Source: Klebsormidium nitens (lineage: Eukaryota > Plantae > Klebsormidiophyceae). Taken from it: DNA of 43,922 nucleotides. Below are positions 22,201-33,742 of this stretch, piece by piece. How positions within the stretch are numbered: position 1 is the stretch's first letter; each line of letters begins with the position of its first letter. The DNA lies in NCBI GenBank assembly GCA_000708835.1, contig DF237630.1, positions 1 through 43,922 on the forward strand, given 5' to 3'. Both the position numbers and the translations under genes were made by a program. A model generated the notes under the pieces. That model did not search any database. It saw only the letters and a list, made by a program, of their open reading frames with translations, and was not told where the DNA came from.

Positions 22201-25200
22201 CTACACTCCTAGCAAATCCTTGATGAAATCCAGGTTAAGGGTGTCCTTCACTGTCAAGAACAAGCCTAACGACAACAGCAGCAGCAAACCGGACGCCATA
22301 ATCCGCTGCTCTAGACCTTCCGGTAGCTTCTTCCCGCCTCGGATACCCTCGACAACTAGGAGGGCGAGGTATCCGCCATCCAGCGCCGGCAACGGCAAGA
22401 GGTTGACAATCGCAAGGTTGATGTTGATGAGGGCCGCAAATTGGAACAGACCAGTGACGTCATTCCTTGCGACGTCAGCCCCAAGCTGCAGAGGTCAGCA
22501 CGACTTCACTTCAGTGACAAGGATCCTTCGCAGAGTAAGTGCGCATGGCCGCATCAGGACGTCTGTAAAAGCCTTGCATCTTTTGCTATGTTAGATGACC
22601 AGGCCCTCAGCTTGTTGGCGCATTTCTTGGTGAAAGTGAGAGGCCAATGCGTCCCGCTCATGACACGCATGTTACCTGTTCGCTTAACGGCAGCCTAACG
22701 AAAGACTTCTCACCGAGCGAGATCACCTTGCGCAATCAATAACTTCCGGACAAGTATACTGCCGCACAGAACGAGCGAGCAGGACAGTCTTTATTTCCAA
22801 AACTGTTACCCAACTCTGAGACCGCTGAGCATTCGGATGACGCGTTGAAGGGACAGGTTACAGTAGGAACGTCATGCTTTGGACTCCTTACGATCCCGAC
22901 GAATCCAACATGCTGCTACTTTCGACGCGTCCAGACTGAAGGATTCACTCACCGCAACAATCGCCACTGGGCCCGATAGCTTATCTGCCGTTCCGCCAAA
23001 GTTGAAGAAGATCTGGCGCAGCCCGTCCAGCACGATGCCGGTCAGCCGCCGCCACTCGGACGACGCGAGCTCCACGGCGCGCCACGTGTTCCGAACCACT
23101 TTCCGCTCAATCTCGTCGTTCGCGCGCAGACTAACCCCAATCCGGCTGCAGGACAGCAGATTTTGATACTTTGTAAAAAAGAACAGAAAAAGCGACTTCG
23201 ATGCGGCCACCAGATATGAAGGACGATAAGGCTGCAGCAGCAGGAGGGGACCCAGAACTGTTCCGGAACTTCCCAAGGAGAATGCTGCGACCCACCGCCT
23301 AGATCGTGTGTACGAAAAAAGATTCGAGATAACAAGCGTGGGCCACAGCTGCTTGCTTTGCAGCTTCTGAATGTCACGCAGAAAGTAGAGTCCTGAATGT
23401 GATGGCAAACGAAGTGCACAACAAAATGAAGGCACGAAGCACAAGTTTCGGGCTGATTGCAGCGGTTGACTATACGACAGGCTTGCGTTAGATCGCTTAT
23501 GAAGCAGTAGGGCCGAAATCTTTTTTAAATCCATGCTTTTGGACACAGCCAGTGTAAAGAGCGCGTCAGATCCCAAGATACACTCGTGCATCTGAGTCGT
23601 AACAGAAGAAGTCATCCGAAGGCCCATACCACCTCTGAATGGTTGCCTTCAGCGACCAGATTAGCCCCGTGGAAAAGGGTCTGGTCGCCGGAGAGGAAAC
23701 CGGGTCCCCCAACGCACATTTCCAAGCCAAGTAACCGGAAACTACAGAAAAGTCAGAGAAAAAGGTCGCATACCTCATGCAAAGTCAAAGACGAGAGATT
23801 ATGAGCTCCAAAACGGATTCCCCGTCGCCACCAGCCCGAGCCCATCCACCCGTTCACCCAAATAAAGAAACTGCCTGTTCAGGCTGCTTTGAATTAACAG
23901 CACTCTCTCTCGAATTTCTACAAGTGTTGCAACATTTCGTAAAGCTTCCAAACATCACCTCCAAACATAGCTCAAACAGCGTTGAGGGAACTCAGACCAC
24001 GGCTCGTTTTGCAACTTACCCTGCTCCGTCAATGTCCCGCTCCGCCTTCACGCGCACGCCCATCTTCTCTCCCCCCCTCTCAATCTCCAGCAGAATATCC
24101 TTCTCCGGCCGGCGCTTGATTGCTTCCACCAACTCTGACGTACTTCCGGAACCCCCCTCGAGCTTCTGCTCGTCGATGCTCAGGATGACGTCACCCCGAA
24201 GGACCCCTCCCCGAAGCGCTGAGGAGTTTTCCATGACTTGGCCGACAACCACTCCTGGGAGGAAGTGCTGTTCTGTGTAGCCAACTGTTTGTACCTGGAT
24301 TTGAAGTTAGAAAGAGAGGGTTGTGAGCCTTGCTGTTGATGTGCTGAAGGGTAAACTAGTGGCATGAGAGTGACACCATCAGTGCCTACAAAAGTTTGTG
24401 AAGATTGAGAGAGGGAGATTAAGAGAAAGGACAGACATCAACCTGGCTGAATTGCAGGAAAACAAGCAACAAAGAGCACAGTCGATTTGAATGTTGCTGA
24501 TCCAGAAATCTAACACGAGAAGAGCATCGAGAAGTGCGAAGGGCATGAAACCTTGCAAAGAACAGGACACCTCAACAAACTTGAACCTCACAAAGTGGAG
24601 GGCAAAAGAGGTAGAACGGAGACAAGGTTACCTGAGTAAAGAGGACGGCGAATGCAAGAATCCCATTCGCGATAACCCCGGCGGAAATCACCAGCGCGCG
24701 CTCGTGCAGGGGCCGGTTCTTCAGCAACCGGGGGTCATCCTGAGCAAACGTTGTCCCGGGATCCTCGTCAGGGAACGCAACATAGCCCCCCAGGGGAAGC
24801 GCTTTCAGCTTGTAGTCCACCTCTTTGCCCTTCCACTCTGCTAGCGTCGGTCCAAACCCGATCACAAACTGACTGACTGGAATGTTTTGCAAGCGCGCCG
24901 CCAAAAAGTGACCGCACTCATGAAAAGTGACTATAGCCCCTAGGACGATCAGCGCCTGCGCGACGCTTGCTGGGCCGTCAAAGTTTAACCCTGCGAACAC
25001 GGCGGGGAGGGCGGGGAGAGCGGAGATGCCGAGAAGAGCGGTTTTTTGCCATAGAGGAAGGGCTTTTAGCTTTGGGAGGAGCTGCGTGACAGGGGTGGGG
25101 TCAATGCTCGATGGTTCTGCGGGGAGTTCTGGAGCAGAGAAAAGGTCGACAGGTAGCCGTTCAGACTCTGATTCAACTGCTTCTGCATGTTCTCGTTGTT

Positions 25201-25534
25201 GACGAGGCTCGACAGCCTTCCGTTCCGCACATGCCCTTAATGATCGCCTCCCTTTGACCGACACACTTTCTAAACTGCTAGACAACTTCCCAAAACCCCT
25301 GTCTGTTCTCTGGGGCTGGAGAAAACAAGGGGTGTCATTCCCTTGGCCGTTATGAGCACGACTCCTCCCCCTCAGCGAAGGCCGGGCCCCAACCGCGCCT
25401 CGTTTTAGGTTAGTAGCGGGAGAGGTGAGGAAAGGGCTGTGCACACCAGAACTTGCTTGACAGCATTGTGTGCTGATGTTGAGAGGTAGCAAAGAACCAA
25501 GTCTCGCACTGAGAGCAGGTGCGGCCTGCGACAT
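22201..25534 (-). CDS. ARASP: Plastid membrane-associated zinc metalloprotease, M50/RseP (ARASP-like) family with PDZ domain (~551 aa, 4 exons)
   Basis: complement(join 25534-24632, 24294-24020, 23145-22953, 22485-22201), 1656 nt. FHECGHFLAA (HExxH), FVIGFGP, LPLGGYVAFPD, ISAGVIAN, PDZ (GVLRGDVILSID...LLEIERGG), LSGPVAI, NLLPLPALDGG. The true start is the ATG at 25534, not the GTG at 25624 in the ORF track. Confidence 0.95.
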
Positions 25535-25904
25535 TGTCCCTTCCTCTCTTCTTCTCTTCAAAGTCCTTGTCTGTACTCGCTTTGCCAACGGCTTTCGATT
25601 GGCCAAGGGTTCGGCTTCAAGCACGTGGCTGATTTGTTTTCCTCTCCCTGCCTTGTCTCTTCTTCCCTTTTTCCTCGCTTTTCTAGGATAAAGATTTCGA
25701 GATTGAGGAGCTGCTCAGAGTTTTCTGAAATGCTTTCTGTCTTTTTGTCTGAACACTGAGCACAAGGATTCCGCCTTTTACCTTCCAAAGCCGTATCTGA
25801 AGCAAAGAGAGCGAAGCTACTGTATGCGGGTGATTGGTTCCTCAAGGTGCTTCTCAAGACAGCACCTTCACCTTTCTGGCATCCAACAATTGCAGCGCGC
25901 CCCC

Positions 25905-25960
25905 TCCCTCTCTTTTCCTCTCTGTCTCTCTCTGTCTCGCTCTCTCACTCTCTCTCCAAG
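25905..25960. repeat. CT/GA-rich microsatellite-like tract in the divergent RseP/IMPL1 intergenic region
   Basis: CCCTCCCTCTCTTTTCCTCTCTGTCTCTCTCTGTCTCGCTCTCTCACTCTCTCTCC is seen directly. A regulatory (GAGA-type) role is inference. Confidence 0.55.
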
Positions 25961-26371
25961 TAGCTCTTATCTCTCGCCCTCAGTTTTCAAGCAGGAGTTG
26001 TAGACTGACTGCCCCCAAATTAAGATGGTCACAATATGGACACTGTCAGTCAAATTGGATGGTTAAGATGCCATCTGCAAGCAATCCAACGGCATAAACT
26101 CAGACGCAGAGGACCATGGAAAGGCCCCTAAAAACTGATACGTTACTGGATAACCTGGGTTAAAGGGTAAATCCAGGCGCTTGACCCTGGCCTTGCTCCA
26201 GCACAAAGCACAACCCATCCCCCTGCCAGTAGTAGGATCCTAGGCCTTGAAGTTGAAGTTGCATTGCCAATGCCAGTGGGCATGAGCCAAGCCGATCTTC
26301 TTCCAAGCTACAGCAGAGTGACATTCTCGAAAGCACAGCTTTGCAGCCGAAGCGCAACCTCCACCGCTAGC

Positions 26372-29300
26372 ATGGCGCGCTGCTTTGCGGGCGCCAAGTG
26401 CGAGCTGGCCTCCGTCGCTAGATCTCTAGCAAAGCAGACGAGACGGAGCCTCGACTGCAATGCTGCCGCTGCTCCAATCCCATTCAGCTCGCCAATCCCT
26501 TCTCATCATCGGTCGAAGTTGCATTTGCAATCGGAAGCCCCTTGCTTGCTTCTCCAAAGAGGTGTTGCTGCTGGACACTTCAATCGCACAAGCCTTGGCA
26601 ACCTCTCTTCGTCAGGAGTTAAGCTTGGACAGAGTGTCGAGGAGAGGAAATGGAATCTTGTGAGTGCGAGCATGCAGGCTTCTGTGCAGACGGCAGCCAA
26701 GGTCGGGGCGCGCGAGAGTGGCTCTGTTCCCTTGGAGAAACTAGTGGAGGTTGTGACCAATGCAGCCAAGACTGGAGCAGCAGTGAGTGTCTGTGGGAAG
26801 TGCAAAGCTGTCTCCTCGTTTTCCAAACGTCGCGGAACGTAATTGGCAGGCCTTGTGCTGAATTGTATTCCGGAGTCGCACTTGTGGTTTGGATCAAATT
26901 GAAAAGTTTTGTTTTTCACAGTTAATTGAGTCAGTGAAGAGCGCCAACATTGGAAGGGATGTTTCAAGGGGACATAAAGCAGGGTGCCCAGATTTAGCTT
27001 GACTTTTACTGAGGCAGACTGGTACGCTTTGCGACGTTCTCGCCTTCAGAAATCAGAGGGTCGGGATCTGCCGCTGTGATTTTTGATGGCGCCACATGTT
27101 GGATCTACTGCAATGTCCGTAAGTTGTGCTGCAGTTGCCCCTTGGATAGTCTGTAGCAATTACGAAAGTTGGGAGTGTTGAAACATCGCAAACATTGCTT
27201 CGTGCATAAAGATCAGCTTTCCCCGGTTCAGACGCGTTCGTTTTAGTATATGTGCCCTTCTACGAGGTGTTTGACCAAGGTGTCTCATTCTTTGTTTGAG
27301 TTTCGCAGTGGTGACACTTACCTGGTATAAGTGTTCACCTGCAACCCCCCTCATCGTTTTAAAAAGGATCACGTGGTCTTACCCCAGTGGATCTCTACTA
27401 GGGTGAATGAATGCAAGAGGGAGAAAGGTTGTAGACCTGGAAACTGCTTTAAGCTCGGTACAGAAGGGAAAACGGGTACGAAGAAATCAACGTGCTTGCT
27501 GTGCAGGTGGTTATGGACCGAGTAGACAAACCAAGGACGGTGGACTTCAAGGGCGCAACTGACTTGGTCACAGAGTGAGACTCCTCACTACGGCCAGCTT
27601 GCCAAGAGTTTCCGTAACTTTGGCATACCACATAGGGGCTTAACAGGGCCTTGAAGTTGGATTCACAATAGAATCGATTGGGAAAACCATTCTGACCCGC
27701 CCTACCACTGGCATGAATGACCCAGAATTCTCGGGTAATAAAGGAGCGACATGTACAAAATCGGGAGTGTCGGTCATGCAGATAAATTGTTGCCCAGAGC
27801 CCTTCTTGTTCCGCTGGCTTCTCCTGTCCGGTTCTATTTGACTTATACAGCTTTCGGAGGGTTAGAGATTCACATCTGCTTCTAGGATAGGTTCGGAAGA
27901 GCAGTGTTAATTCGTGATGGCTGTTAGGGAGCCAAAGTGCCAAAAGATGCGAAACTTGAATTCGCTGAGTGAGGACATTAGGCGTTCAGAATCCGGTCGG
28001 GATCATGATCACCTGCCAGATGCATTGTTGACAATTTCCAATGCAAGTGGTTCTAAGATCGACTTTGGAGGAACGGACGAGAATTTACCCAGATATTTTC
28101 GGTGAGAAACCGCGGCTGAACAAGCCATCAGACGCACCTAGTTGGCTTAATCACACAGTCTCGAGCCTCAGAGTAGACCCTCGAGGTAGTGGACAAGGAA
28201 GCTTTACCAACCGTTTAAGGAACGACTCTCCTAGCAGCCCTCTAGGGCGACTGTCACTGAACAAGCCTCTGAACGCACTGCTTTTCTTCTCAGCACAGAC
28301 AAGGCCACAGAGGAGGCAATCTTGGAGGTGATCAAGGAAGCATTCCCGGACCACTTGGTGCTTGGAGAGGAGGGCGGAGTCAGCGGCGGCCCCAACAGCG
28401 ACTACCTCTGGTGCATAGACCCCCTTGGTGAGTCGTTTCCGCAAGTCTTCAGTGCTTTTGACAAAGGCAAGCGAAGTTCAAAAGGCCGCCCGAATAGCAG
28501 GCTAAGGAGAAGCTTTGAAAACTGCTCAAGCTTAGCGTCTCTGGTCAGATCATTCGGTCCATGGCGAGCTGCGAAGGGATCTGGCGGATCGTCGTTCTCT
28601 GATCATAATGTCTCGGCCTGAATCCTGCGCTTCGAGATTGCTGAATCGGGAGACCCTAGCCGGCGGCCTCAATCAAGGCCATCGCTTAGGCCGAAAGTTG
28701 TTCTTTCCGCGTCCAAGTGCTAAGTCTTACGCTCCAATGAGAGCCTGGTTCGGGGTCTGCGCTTGTTGTGACATTGGGGGAACGGATTCGGGTCTTGTGT
28801 GTATATATTGAATTTATTTGTGAACAGCCCCTGGAGTACTGGTGTGAGCAGACCCTCGAATCTCCTTCCAGAATTATCTGTGTGATCAAAGCCCTGCAAA
28901 CGTTTTACAGATGGGACGACGAACTTCGCGCACAGCTACCCTTGCTTCGCGGTCTCTGTAGCGGTCCTCTGGAAAGGGAGGCCGATCGCCGGCTCTGTGG
29001 TGAGCTTCGCCAGTATTTGTTTTCAAACCGCAAACGAGTCATCCTGTGGAAGGTACGAAAGGCCAGGACTCCCTAGTCTCCCCCTAGCTGTCCAGTCCTT
29101 TATACGGTGGGGAAGAAGACTATGATTTTCAGCCGCTTTCGTTCTGTGCCAGCTTCTGGCGTATGTAAGCAACGCGTCTCAACGGCACGTGCTGTTACAT
29201 AATTGTAACAGGAAATTCGAAATGTCTGCTTAACCGGATCTTGCTGGATCTTGCGGCTCAATGTTGATCTAGATTGCTCCTTCGAGGTGATTGGTGCAAT

Positions 29301-32300
29301 CTTGTTGTGTCGTTTGCTTCGCCAATTCGCATTGAAATTCGCAACAGGCAACCAGCGGACGTGTTCTTTTTGCGTAGAAATCCGAAGTCCTCGACTTCTC
29401 AGTGAATAATTCTGACAGCCCCGTCTTTGAGAAAAGTTATATCTGAGCAAGAGCGCAACATCGTAAAGTCAAGAATGCTTTCCTTGCTCCACCCACCAAT
29501 GCCGCTTTGAAAACGTTGGACTAGATGAAGTGAATCGCAAGCAGCTCTTAACATGCGAGCCTGAGCTGCAGGTTGAGTTTGCTGGCGGCCCTTTCTGTTG
29601 GGTGACGAGGACGTTCTCAGCAACGGCGGGCGGAGGGGCCTTCTGCGAGGGCCAGAGAATACACGTCAGCGACACGGAATCCGTAAGTGGCGCGCTGGTT
29701 CGCAGATTATCAACAAGTGCACTGTCTGCAAATGCTGAATGCCGGTTCAATGTTTGAAAATGATCTAGGGCTTTCCGAAAGGAAGGAGTGCGTGGCCTGC
29801 ATCGTAAGCGCAGGGTGACGGCAATTTTTGAACAGCTTTAAAAGTTCTGAATACAAGTATTTCGGCATCCCCAATTGCTCTGGGCTCAAAGGAGAAATAG
29901 CTTGCCTGATTCCTGGATTCTGGTAGAAAAGGTAGTCCGACCGACATCGAGCATGGTGACTTCAGGCATGCCGTCTAGTTGCTCTTGAAGAGCTTTTCGT
30001 CGCAATCGGACGCCGAATCATCTGATGTCGTGTGCACTGCATCAGATGCCATTTGAAACGAAGTCGGAGTCTTGGCCTTGCCAAGCCACCCTGGGTGCAA
30101 CTTAGATATCTACCCGTTCATACCAAACGGGGCACCAGACGCTTTTCCCCGCAAACCGAATGGCTTATCAGGCTGCTTCAATTGCATCGACAACCAAAGA
30201 GAACCCGCTATTTGAGCGCATTATCCAGTTTCGGCGCCTGGCACTACAAGGTCGTTTATGACCGCAATCCTTGTTGTTACGTCACAAAAGCCCTGGGTGA
30301 CGTCACTCACCCCGGGTTTTTCGCTCGCAGGTCCAGCGCTCCCTCCTCGTCACCGGCTTCGGCTACGAGCACGACGATGCCTGGGCCACCAACATCGAGC
30401 TGTTCAAACACTTTACTGACGTCACCAGAGTGAGTTTCGTTGCGCTTCGTGACGTCATCGGGGTAATCCCCAGACCCGCAGTGAACTTATTAGGGCGCCT
30501 CTCTCCAGCTTGCTTTCTCTCCGAGCGTTCATTATGCCAGCACCGTCAGCAGGGTGCGTTTGCCAGCATTCCGTTGACGTCAGCAGGGTAATCTGTCAAG
30601 TAATCTGATCTTCGCACTGAGCTAGATCGTCAGAGGGCTGAGCGGCTGTCGCTGTCGCCTTTTGCGAATCGCAGGCACGAGAGCGGGGTGACAATTTCTT
30701 TGCAGCAAAACTCTCGAAGCGACGAGATTCGCTTCTGAGTGCTTCAGGCGCTGTCAAATTGGTTCTCGTTGATTGATCCAACTATTCTGATCTTTTCTGG
30801 TGTCTGTGTTGGTTCTGCTGCGTGACTCCGGTTCGCAATAAAACGTCGAAGTCATTGCGATCCGACTTTCTGCACAGTCTAGTGTGCATTTGAGGATATT
30901 GATGTATGTGTGACGTGGCCATAGCCACGTGTTTCACAGCAGAGTGCTTGCTCGATCGGCGTATTAGGGCGTTTGGGCAATCCAATGGCTGAAACCCCAC
31001 CTTTGGCACGTAACATCTACAACGACGACAAGCTGTCCCGGTTGACTTTGCTGACTCGAGCACGAGTAGGTTTACGAAAGGCACCAAATTTCCGCCGTCT
31101 GTCCGTTCTTCAGTGTCTGCTGACTCGTCTGACATTTTGTGCGCCTTTGCTGGTCAGGGGGTGCGCCGGCTGGGAGCAGCCGCCGTCGATCTTTGCCATG
31201 TGGCACTCGGCCTGGTGGACGCCTACTGGGAGTACCGTCTGAAGCCTTGGGATGTGGCAGCCGGCGTGTTGGTGAGCCTTGCTCATACGGGCGACCCTTG
31301 CATTAATTGAGAGGAGCGTTCACTGAGAAACCGGAGCACCGGGCACCTCAACTAAAACCCTTAATGTAAAACATCACGCGCTCCGCACCCGCACCCACCC
31401 GCGCCCCCTAAGTAAACCCACGCATCCGTTGGTGCTATTTCTAGTGAACGTACCCCCTAGTGAACGCAAACGGTTGCCAAAGTGCCTTGCTCGGATTCTG
31501 GTACCTTGACAACATGTAAGACTCTGTTCTTTAGACTGCCTTGGAGCGTACAATCTATGGCATCGATTGATCGGCTCAGATTTAATCCGTGACGATCCAG
31601 GGAGGGTCTGGACTGGGCGTGCTTCGACGTTTCGTGCTCTTCCGTCCTGACTAGAATGCCTCTTCGTGAGCGGCAGCCCCAGCTCAGCTGCGAAATCAGC
31701 ATGCGCCTGTTTCCTTAAATTGCCTGTTTCTTCAAACTCTGAGCGTCTGCTCGTGAAGGCCCAAGTTCCAAAGTTGGGCCCCTTCCGTTGACAATCTTAT
31801 ATAATTTTGGCCCTGTTCACACTGTTAAGTCTTGCTTGAAAGACAGCACATTTGGCATTATGAAAGACGAAGGTCATTTCATTGTGCACATTTTGCTTGA
31901 CTGATTCGACGTGGAAGTTGCGTAAGAGGACTTCTACACGTCGTGAACAATAAAATGGGGAGAATTTCGAAAGTTCATCGGGCCTAGATTGCCGTACACT
32001 GGTGAATGTAGCGTGAACGCCAGGAAGTGCTGCGGACTTCATATGGAAATGACGTCTGTCGACGGTTTCAATATAAGCACAGTGTCATTAGATCGCAGGC
32101 CGTAATCGGCTCGAAATAACTTTGTTCTGGTCAATGTTTCGTCACCCGAGCGCTTGTGTCATCGGGTTTGTGCAGATTGCTGAGGAGGCAGGCGCCCTAG
32201 TCACGAGAATGGATGGCAAGGACTTCACTGTTTTCGATCGCTCCGTGATCGCCTCCAACGGCAAAATACATCCGCAAGTGAGTTTTCTGGTCAGCTGTGT

Positions 32301-32635
32301 GACCTGCGCCGATCGATTGCCTTCCGCATTCTCTTCTCAAAGCGCGTGACTTATTTGGAACGGGCATCGTGCACTCACGAAGCAGTATTGAGTGCCTCAA
32401 TCCGGGAACGGTCGGCATTTATCATGTTACGACCATTGTAAAGCGTCGCAACGAGGAGCTTCTGCGTCGTTCGTTGGTTCGGCCCACCCTAGTTCTCCGA
32501 CAAGCCCACACTGAAAGCTGCGTACTTGGTGTGCAGCTTCTGGACGTCATCAGACCAGCAACCCAAAAGCTTCTAGATTCGGGAAAGTTCGTCGACGACC
32601 TGTGGTTCAAGCCGGATGGTTACCAACTAAAATGA
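26372..32635 (+). CDS. IMPL1: Myo-inositol monophosphatase-like 1, plastid-type (~408 aa, 9 exons)
   Basis: join 26372-26782, 27507-27574, 28294-28427, 28911-28999, 29572-29682, 30331-30429, 31158-31271, 32176-32277, 32537-32635, 1227 nt in frame. KGATDLVTDTDKA, LGEEGG, WCIDPLDGTTNFAH, TGFGYEHDDAW, GVRRLGAAAVDLCHVA, YWEYRLKPWDVAAG, LWFKP. In-frame ATGs at 26270 and 26282 are alternative starts. Confidence 0.95.
31339..31402 (+). repeat. Intronic copy of the dispersed repeat related to the 19607-20224 element arms
   Basis: CGCTCCGCACCCGCACCCACCC (31380-31401) matches the reverse complement of about 19631-19652 at 20/22. The preceding ACTAAAACCCT is also shared. Confidence 0.55.
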
Positions 32636-33742
32636 GCTGCCGTAGAGCAGCGCTTTCTTCGCAACTAGAGGGAGGCGTTTCGACAGTCAAGAATGACTAT
32701 CTGGATATCCGGCTCTAGGATTATGCTACTTGAGGTTGTGAGTCCCCGGAGCTTCATTTCAACCACCATCCTGGAGTGTATGACGATGACCGAATCAACA
32801 AAAGATCGATCTTTGTTGCTACGGAACCAAAAGAGAGTGGCTTACCTGACCAGGCTCTAATGTGGCTAAGGGCGTCATAGGATGAGAAACTACCATTAGG
32901 TGAGAAGTTTCGTTTAGCAAAAGTCGTACTGATGATGTTACAGCTAGGTTGCGTGCCATGCTTTCTACTTTATTCTTAAAGTTGCCACTTCCTAAGAAAG
33001 GTGTACGTGTATCAGTCCATTCGAATGTTCAATTGCATGCAATGGGCCTCATAGCTCGACGGCGAGTTTCTTTAGACTTCTGAGTGGGCGGCGGACCCAT
33101 GACACATGTTTATATCGCTGTACAGACGCCAAGCTAGCCCGGCCGAAGCCGCGGGTGGCTGCTAGACAGGCTCCGGTTCTTTGGCAGTATCATCAATTGT
33201 GATCCTCGGACATGCCGCCAGTAGGATTGGCAACGGTTGTGGCAAGTGCGACAGACAGCAATGATCATACTGCGCGCATATGTAGATGCATTGAACATAT
33301 GTATACGGTACGGTCTTCTAGTGACGAATGCACCGCATACGAACTTGCGCGAGCAAAGCTGCTCGATTGCGTTATGCAGTAATCTTATTCTTGCTTGCAT
33401 AGTCGAGCATGACTGCCAGGGTCTCTAAATCAAGGCGCCTCCCACGCCGCTACTACAGAGTAGCTTGCACGATTCGTACTGCAATCTACCGTAGCACTCT
33501 GGCTAGGGGTGTCCGCGGCCGCGGAAAGTCGTGAGGGGAGGAGCCGCGGCCGCGCTGCCGGCCTAGACGCTGTGGTTTCTTCTGATCTGCTGACAGTCTG
33601 CTGCCTGCAACAAGGCGCTCAAGAGAAAGCTGCTATGACTCATGCCTTTCACATTTCCGTAGCTAGACAGACGGCTTCTCCAAGCTCTCTAGACCCCAAG
33701 GATTCGAAATTTTGTCTGACCTGCTTTTGGTGCTTGTAAAAA

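Noticed and set aside
25535-26371. Non-ATG starts in the ORF track (GTG 25624, TTG 26264; also TTG 16063 and 42188)
   Set aside because: These are prokaryotic-style start calls. In this eukaryotic context the downstream ATG or a splice acceptor explains each.
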